From NCBI GenBank assembly GCA_964388035.1, contig CAYLZE010000022.1:1-55925 (forward strand): DNA of 55,925 nt, written 5' to 3'. The notes below the pieces were generated by a model, which saw only the letters and a list, made by a program, of their open reading frames with translations, was not told the origin of the DNA and made no database searches. The position numbers and the translations under genes are program-made. This document shows positions 50,669 to 55,925 of the stretch, piece after piece. The stretch is from an uncultured archaeon (GTDB lineage: Archaea > Asgardarchaeota > Lokiarchaeia > Sigyniarchaeales > SOKP01). The first letter of the stretch is position 1. Every line of letters starts with the position of its first letter.

Positions 50669-51244
50669 TTATTCCAATTTCTTGCACTCTTCATACCTGA
50701 AACAGGAAATAACATGATCATTTATCATCCCCGTAGCCTGCATGAATGCGTACATTATTGTGGGTCCAACGAATTTAAATCCCCTTCTTTTCAAATCCTT
50801 GCTAATTTTTGATGATAATTCTGTTTTGCCAGGGATTTGCTCTAATGAGTTCCAAGTATTTTGGATGGGATGGAAATTAACAAACTCCCAAATATAGTTA
50901 TTAAAAGAGCCAAATTCTTGTTTTATTTCTAAATATTTCTTAGCATTATTGATTACAGATTCAATTTTTAACTTATTTCTAATAATCCTTTCATTTTGAA
51001 GCAATTTTTCTATTTTCTTGCTATCATGATTGACAATTTTTGTATAATCAAAATAATCAAAAGCTTCTCGATAATTATCTCTTTTTTCTAATATGGTGTG
51101 CCAACTCAAACCTGCTTGAGCTCCTTGAAGGCTTAATACTTCAAAAAGTAATTGATCATCATGCAAAGGCACACCCCATTCATTATCATGATAATTTTGC
51201 ATAAGGTTGCTGTATAAACTCCATTTACACCTGCTTTGCATCAT
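50669..51244 (-). CDS. tag: DNA-3-methyladenine glycosylase I
   Basis: RC.W, YHDNEWG, QAGLSW, GFKFVGPT, NDH...C. Confidence 0.93.
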   Translation of the reverse strand: MMQSRCKWSLYSNLMQNYHDNEWGVPLHDDQLLFEVLSLQGAQAGLSWHTILEKRDNYREAFDYFDYTKIVNHDSKKIEKLLQNERIIRNKLKIESVINNAKKYLEIKQEFGSFNNYIWEFVNFHPIQNTWNSLEQIPGKTELSSKISKDLKRRGFKFVGPTIMYAFMQATGMINDHVISCFRYEECKKLE

Positions 51245-51350
51245 TATTGAAAGATCTTAGTAATTTTCCCTTAAAAATGATATTTTCGATTATATATAAA
51301 AAAACAGGTTTACTAGGTATAAAAATTAATTATCAATTTAAAGTTCAGTT

Positions 51351-52226
51351 TTAACATTCAAAATTAAGAACTTCTCCGACGAGGAAATCGTGAAAAATAT
51401 CATTGCTGAAATATTCCTTTAAATATGATAGTGCCTTTTTACCAGTGCAGTGATTAAGGTAAAGGTGAGGGGAATCATATTGCTTTTCTAAAGCCTCAGC
51501 TACGTGTTTTATTTTTTTCTTTGAAAAGGTAAGCATGTGAGTTCCTCCAATAATCGCGTGAATTTTTTCTTTGGGATAATCCTGTTTTAATTTAGAGCAT
51601 GTATTTAAGATCCCGGAATGGCAGCACCCGCATAATAAAACTAATCCTTTTTTTGTTTTAAGTACAAGTGATAAGTCATCATATATTAAATCTTTCTTCC
51701 ATCCACCATTCTCTTGATGCACCATCAAGATACTAGAGCCATCTGGTTCTTCTCTTTTTGTAATTTCTCCAACGGTGGAAAGATATGATGTGATTTGGTA
51801 GGGATTCGTATGAAAGTCGAATTTAACTTTTTTTTCTAATTCATTAGAAAGCTCGGGAAATCCTATATCAATTTCTCTATATAATAAGTAAAAAAGTAAA
51901 TAAGCAAATAATGAGGCTTTTTTCTTTTCTTTGACTAATGGATGAGCAATAACCGGAAGGACTTCTTTTGTGGTTCTTAATTCAAGGAGCTTAGCTAATC
52001 CTCTTGAATGATCATTATGTCCATGGGATAGAATTAACGTTCTTATAGAATTTAAGTCAATATTTGCGGTTTTCAGATTATGCACTAAAATATCTCCATT
52101 ATTTCCCGTATCATACAATATTATTTGATTATCTGCTTCAATAGCCGTTGCATTTCCATAATCTCCTTTAAAACCCGTGTTGGGAGTGGCAATATTGTTA
52201 TACACGCAAGTTAATTTTACGTTCAC
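51351..52226 (-). CDS. MBL-fold metallo-hydrolase (COG1237-like)
   Basis: DTG, SHGHNDH, GCCHSG, GGTH, HCTG. Confidence 0.88.
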   Translation of the reverse strand: MNVKLTCVYNNIATPNTGFKGDYGNATAIEADNQIILYDTGNNGDILVHNLKTANIDLNSIRTLILSHGHNDHSRGLAKLLELRTTKEVLPVIAHPLVKEKKKASLFAYLLFYLLYREIDIGFPELSNELEKKVKFDFHTNPYQITSYLSTVGEITKREEPDGSSILMVHQENGGWKKDLIYDDLSLVLKTKKGLVLLCGCCHSGILNTCSKLKQDYPKEKIHAIIGGTHMLTFSKKKIKHVAEALEKQYDSPHLYLNHCTGKKALSYLKEYFSNDIFHDFLVGEVLNFEC

Positions 52227-52320
52227 TTCAATAGCTCGATTGGAAATTATTCTAAAAAAAATGTTTAATTTAATATTATTATTGAAATGAATAATATTAA
52301 GTTATAGATAAACAGTGGTT

Positions 52321-52788
52321 TTAGATAAATATCTCTAATTCAAGATGTTGTTGAGCTTCTTGAAATATTGGGCCCTTTGCTATGAATCCCATGGCTAATC
52401 CACTTCCCCTTCCTACTAGCAATTTTTCATTTTTCTCAAGGTTATATTCCTTTAAGAATTCTTGATTGACACTTACGTATCCCTCTTCATCGATATAAGA
52501 ACTAGTACTTATCTTAATTCTGTTAGATTTAGACTTGTTTTCGATATGTTGTGAACTTGAACCCTTTATATTTTGAAGTAAATTTTTTCCAATTGGAGTC
52601 CCTTCTAATAGTGAAGGAGTTGTTATTCCAAACCCCCCGGACTTTTTACTGCCTGAGATTATTAATACCTCTTCTCCTTTTAATATTCCATATTCATTCA
52701 GCGCTTCTGGGGGAACTTTTATTTTATAATTCTCTCCGAGTTTTGCCCAACCATAAATATATTTTCCACCCTTAACAAGTCTAGGCAT
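52321..52788 (-). CDS. AbrB/MazE/SpoVT-type DNA-binding protein (duplicated domain)
   Basis: KIKVPPEALNEYGILKGEEV and a second repeat VNQEFLKEYNLEKNEKL. Confidence 0.7.
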   Translation of the reverse strand: MPRLVKGGKYIYGWAKLGENYKIKVPPEALNEYGILKGEEVLIISGSKKSGGFGITTPSLLEGTPIGKNLLQNIKGSSSQHIENKSKSNRIKISTSSYIDEEGYVSVNQEFLKEYNLEKNEKLLVGRGSGLAMGFIAKGPIFQEAQQHLELEIFI

Positions 52789-52801
52789 GTTCTTTCACCA
52801 A

Positions 52802-53500
52802 TTATTCGTTAACTTTATTGTATATGATTAAATCAAATAGACCCGCTTTAACGACATATTTTCCTTGAAATGGTGTGTGCTCAATAATGTCTGCAACCTC
52901 TTGAGGAGTATACCCTGCTTTTATGGAAGTATTCCAATAATAAGCCATGACTTTGGGAATAAAATGTTTTATAATATTAAATATCACTTTAGCTCCGAAA
53001 CCTAAATCTCGCCTTCCATCACTTATGCAAAACCTCCCGTCTTTCTTTAAAACTCGGTGTATTTCATTTAATACCTTGATGGGATCTTCCCAATGGTGTA
53101 GACTATCATGAGTAAGTACTGCATCAAAACTATCATCTTCTAATCCAATCATATTGTTTGCATCGCCATGAATATAAGAGATTTTTTCATCGAATCCTTG
53201 ATTTTTTTTGTTTTCATTAGCCACGCGTATCATGTCTTCAGAAATTTCTAATCCTATTATGTGAAAAGTAGGATTTTTTTTAGCTAATAATATGGTAATC
53301 CAACCAGGTCCAGGTCCTATTTCCAAAATCTTTGAATTGTTTTTAATCTGTAATTCTTCCGTAAAAAAATCTACAAAGTTTTGATATTCTTTCATGCGTT
53401 TCTTAAAAAAATCACTTAATTCTTCCATGCTCAAATCTTTCTGATCTGTTATTTCTTCACCCTCTGGAATTCTAGGGGATACTTTTTTGGTTATTGCCAT
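52802..53500 (-). CDS. Class I SAM-dependent methyltransferase
   Basis: LEIGPGPG, GDA, SFDAV, LHHW, RVLK.DG. Confidence 0.9.
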   Translation of the reverse strand: MAITKKVSPRIPEGEEITDQKDLSMEELSDFFKKRMKEYQNFVDFFTEELQIKNNSKILEIGPGPGWITILLAKKNPTFHIIGLEISEDMIRVANENKKNQGFDEKISYIHGDANNMIGLEDDSFDAVLTHDSLHHWEDPIKVLNEIHRVLKKDGRFCISDGRRDLGFGAKVIFNIIKHFIPKVMAYYWNTSIKAGYTPQEVADIIEHTPFQGKYVVKAGLFDLIIYNKVNE

Positions 53501-53630
53501 TGTTTTTACCTATAATTTGATTATTATTTTTATATCTAATAAAGAGAAAAACAATTTCATATTTAAAGGAAAAAGTTATTGTCATGAAGAGTTGACATTA
53601 CTTTTATAATTATTAAGTTTATTATTATAA

Positions 53631-54521
53631 TTGGGAATGAATGAACTGGAACCGAGTTCTCAAGTAAATGAGGAACATTTGAAAAGTTTAGTTTATTTTG
53701 GATTAAAAAGTGAAGAAGCGTCTGTATATCTTTCTCTTTTAAAAAGAGGAGATAGAGGAGAAGTCGTGGGTCGCCTTAAAGAAGAGGTGGATATAGGACG
53801 AACGACCATCTATGCCATCATGGAACGATTAACGGAAAAAAATTGGGTATTATCCGAACAAATTTCAACATCTCCGAATCGAAAAAAATATATCGCCAAA
53901 CCGCCCTATAAGGTAATGAATGATATTATCCAAAAAAAAGAGGAGGAATTAAAAAGATTAAAGCAAGAGTCATTATTCATCGGTGATTTCTTGGAAAAGA
54001 TGTATCAAGGTGCAAAGAAATTAACTTTGGAGACAATCCATCCCGGCGCTTATAAATATTTAAATCCATTAGTAAAGAAACAGTTTAAAATTAAATCGGA
54101 AGTTATAGAACATGTAGAATCCTTAGAACGATTATCTTATGACTATGAACTGAAAGGACCGAAAGGCTTTCCTAAAGATTGTGGTCTCATCATTTTTGAA
54201 TATCATAATAAAATGGTAGAAAATGACCAACAACTCATTGAAGAGGCAATAAAAATGTTTCAAAGTAAGACAGAATATGAAATTCGAAAAGATAAGATTC
54301 CTGGTTTTCAAGACGTTATTCTTGAGCCGACTACAATTAAAAATTTTTATGGATTCGATGTTTTTATTAAATTAAAATGGAAAAAAAGGCCATGGCTAGC
54401 CGGAAGGGAAGCAATCATTCCAATTCAAAATAAAATTTTCTTAATCCACGGGGGAAGAGAAAATTTCAAAATACTGATGGAAACAATATTAGATGCTGAA
54501 AAATTTCATCATTTAGTATAA
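53631..54521 (+). CDS. TrmB-family HTH transcriptional regulator
   Basis: FGLKSEEASVYLSLL, RTTIYAIMERL, YIAKPP. Confidence 0.8.
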   Translation: MGMNELEPSSQVNEEHLKSLVYFGLKSEEASVYLSLLKRGDRGEVVGRLKEEVDIGRTTIYAIMERLTEKNWVLSEQISTSPNRKKYIAKPPYKVMNDIIQKKEEELKRLKQESLFIGDFLEKMYQGAKKLTLETIHPGAYKYLNPLVKKQFKIKSEVIEHVESLERLSYDYELKGPKGFPKDCGLIIFEYHNKMVENDQQLIEEAIKMFQSKTEYEIRKDKIPGFQDVILEPTTIKNFYGFDVFIKLKWKKRPWLAGREAIIPIQNKIFLIHGGRENFKILMETILDAEKFHHLV

Positions 54522-54550
54522 ATTGGTTAAAAGAAATAATAATATTTTTA

Positions 54551-55925
54551 TTACTTTTTAGAAAGGTTTTTTTTAAAGGACTCTAACCTAAAATTACCTT
54601 CTCTCTCTGATTTCCATATTTCTTCTAACCACCATTTCAATTCTTGTTGATTTTTAGTTTCAAAAATATCCATTAATATCCTTAAAATCATTTCTGAAGG
54701 TATTTTAGTATCCGCAGATAGTAAATGCAATATTTCTACGTTCTCATTAACTCGCATTTGATTCCAGGCATTATATTCTTTCAAATTATTGTTAATTTCA
54801 TCCCAATATACGGTATTTTTCATTCCATTTATTTCATAATAGTCCGTATTCAATTCATTCTTCCCAACAAGATAAGCACTTAAAAGAATTTTTTTCCAAT
54901 CATCATGAAGCATTATGCCATATTCACTCGGATTCGCTGCGATATAAGATCCCGGTGTTAATCTAAAAGCTGAAATACTATAATTTGATAATTCCAATTC
55001 ATCTATAAGATCTAATGTATTTTTAATTGATTTCTTATCCGCACCGGGATGACCAACTATAAAGGATCCCGAAGCATTAATGTTAAGATCTTTCACGATA
55101 GAATAAGTTTGTTTCATTTTTCCTACGGTAATTCCCTTATGCATGAGTTTTAAAATCTCGTCATCCCCTGATTCCCACCCAAAATACAAGGTGACCAATC
55201 CCGATTTTTTATATATATCTAATAATTTCGCGTTGAATGAATCAAATCGTCCAAAAGCGAACCAGTTCATAGTTAAATTATTTTTTATTAAATAATTAGC
55301 CATTGTTGTTAATAAGTTTACATTGGGAGTAGAATCAACTATGTAAAGATTTTTGATACCGTGATAATAATAATTATTTTCTATTTCTTGAACGACACTC
55401 TCCCAAATTCTCACTCGCACGCTATTTAATTTCTTAAATTCCCTATGAGTGCAAATGGATGAATCACGCATTTCCCTTTTTTTGCCCCAAAGATAAGAAT
55501 GAGAACAAAAACTACAAGCATTCTGACAACCCCTTTTCATATTAATGGGTAAAATAGGAAAATAATCCTTTAAATTAATTCCATTCCAAGTAACAACAAG
55601 AGTATTAAAATCGAATAACTGCCATTGTGATTTTATAATTTCTCCATTAGCTCGATAAATCAGATTAGGAATTTTTTCTAAGGGCTGATGGTGTTTAAAC
55701 GCCTCATACAATCCTATAACGGAGCTTTCTCCCTCTCCATAGACAATTACATCAAACACATCGAATTCTTTCAATTCATAACAAGTTTCTTCAAATAGCT
55801 GAATAGTTGGACCTCCTGCCACCAACTTACAATCTGAGATTTTCTTTATTTCATTTGCTAATTTAATTATTTCAAGAATACCGTTTCCAATATTTTCAAT
55901 TTTAAATCCGACCATTATTGGTCGA
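54551..55925 (-). CDS. B12-binding radical SAM enzyme (5' end beyond the window)
   Basis: GGP..., GEGE, RGCQNACSFC, GWESG, IVGHPG; frame open to the window edge. Confidence 0.9.
   Translation of the reverse strand, partial: RPIMVGFKIENIGNGILEIIKLANEIKKISDCKLVAGGPTIQLFEETCYELKEFDVFDVIVYGEGESSVIGLYEAFKHHQPLEKIPNLIYRANGEIIKSQWQLFDFNTLVVTWNGINLKDYFPILPINMKRGCQNACSFCSHSYLWGKKREMRDSSICTHREFKKLNSVRVRIWESVVQEIENNYYYHGIKNLYIVDSTPNVNLLTTMANYLIKNNLTMNWFAFGRFDSFNAKLLDIYKKSGLVTLYFGWESGDDEILKLMHKGITVGKMKQTYSIVKDLNINASGSFIVGHPGADKKSIKNTLDLIDELELSNYSISAFRLTPGSYIAANPSEYGIMLHDDWKKILLSAYLVGKNELNTDYYEINGMKNTVYWDEINNNLKEYNAWNQMRVNENVEILHLLSADTKIPSEMILRILMDIFETKNQQELKWWLEEIWKSEREGNFRLESFKKNLSKK

Noticed and set aside
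1631-52775. Numerous short ORF-track entries antisense to or nested in long genes (e.g. 3279-3635, 25735-26259, 39698-40204, 42240-42602)
   Set aside because: Shadow ORFs of well-supported genes
54551-55925. Radical SAM as the missing QueE
   Set aside because: It has a B12-binding domain and is much longer than QueE

Overview
AT-rich prokaryotic chromosomal window with about 50 CDS, and no rRNA, tRNA, CRISPR array or intact transposase that I can recognise. The regulator content (wHTH-DUF1724, TrmB, PadR, AbrB), DUF3795 Zn proteins, wHTH-4Fe-4S proteins, TATA-like promoters and frequent TTG/GTG (apparently also ATT/ATA) starts suggest an archaeon, most likely Asgard (Lokiarchaeia-like). That assignment is inference only. 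Most of the window is accessory metabolism and transport: three paralogous MFS, corrinoid + UroD-family methyltransferase, GH15 + sugar porter, nagA, panE, hpt. Bacterial-type DNA repair genes are also present (mutM, tag, two atypical UvrA). Highlights: (1) an unannotated 49-aa Lys/Pro-repeat peptide with an acidic EDEDDDDY tail and a strong GGAGGA SD, directly upstream of a SET-domain Lys methyltransferase and an ATP-grasp ligase, a candidate peptide post-translational-modification (RiPP-like) system; (2) a PadR-BtrH-DUF3795x2-UvrA(class II-like)-double UvrA-QW-repeat locus lacking uvrB/C; (3) an NAD(P)-binding SDR::QueC fusion near queD and hpt; (4) a 56% GC structured intergenic element; (5) an inverted, ~94% identical remnant of the EamA gene 3' end. 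All protein-family calls are from motif recognition, not database searches.
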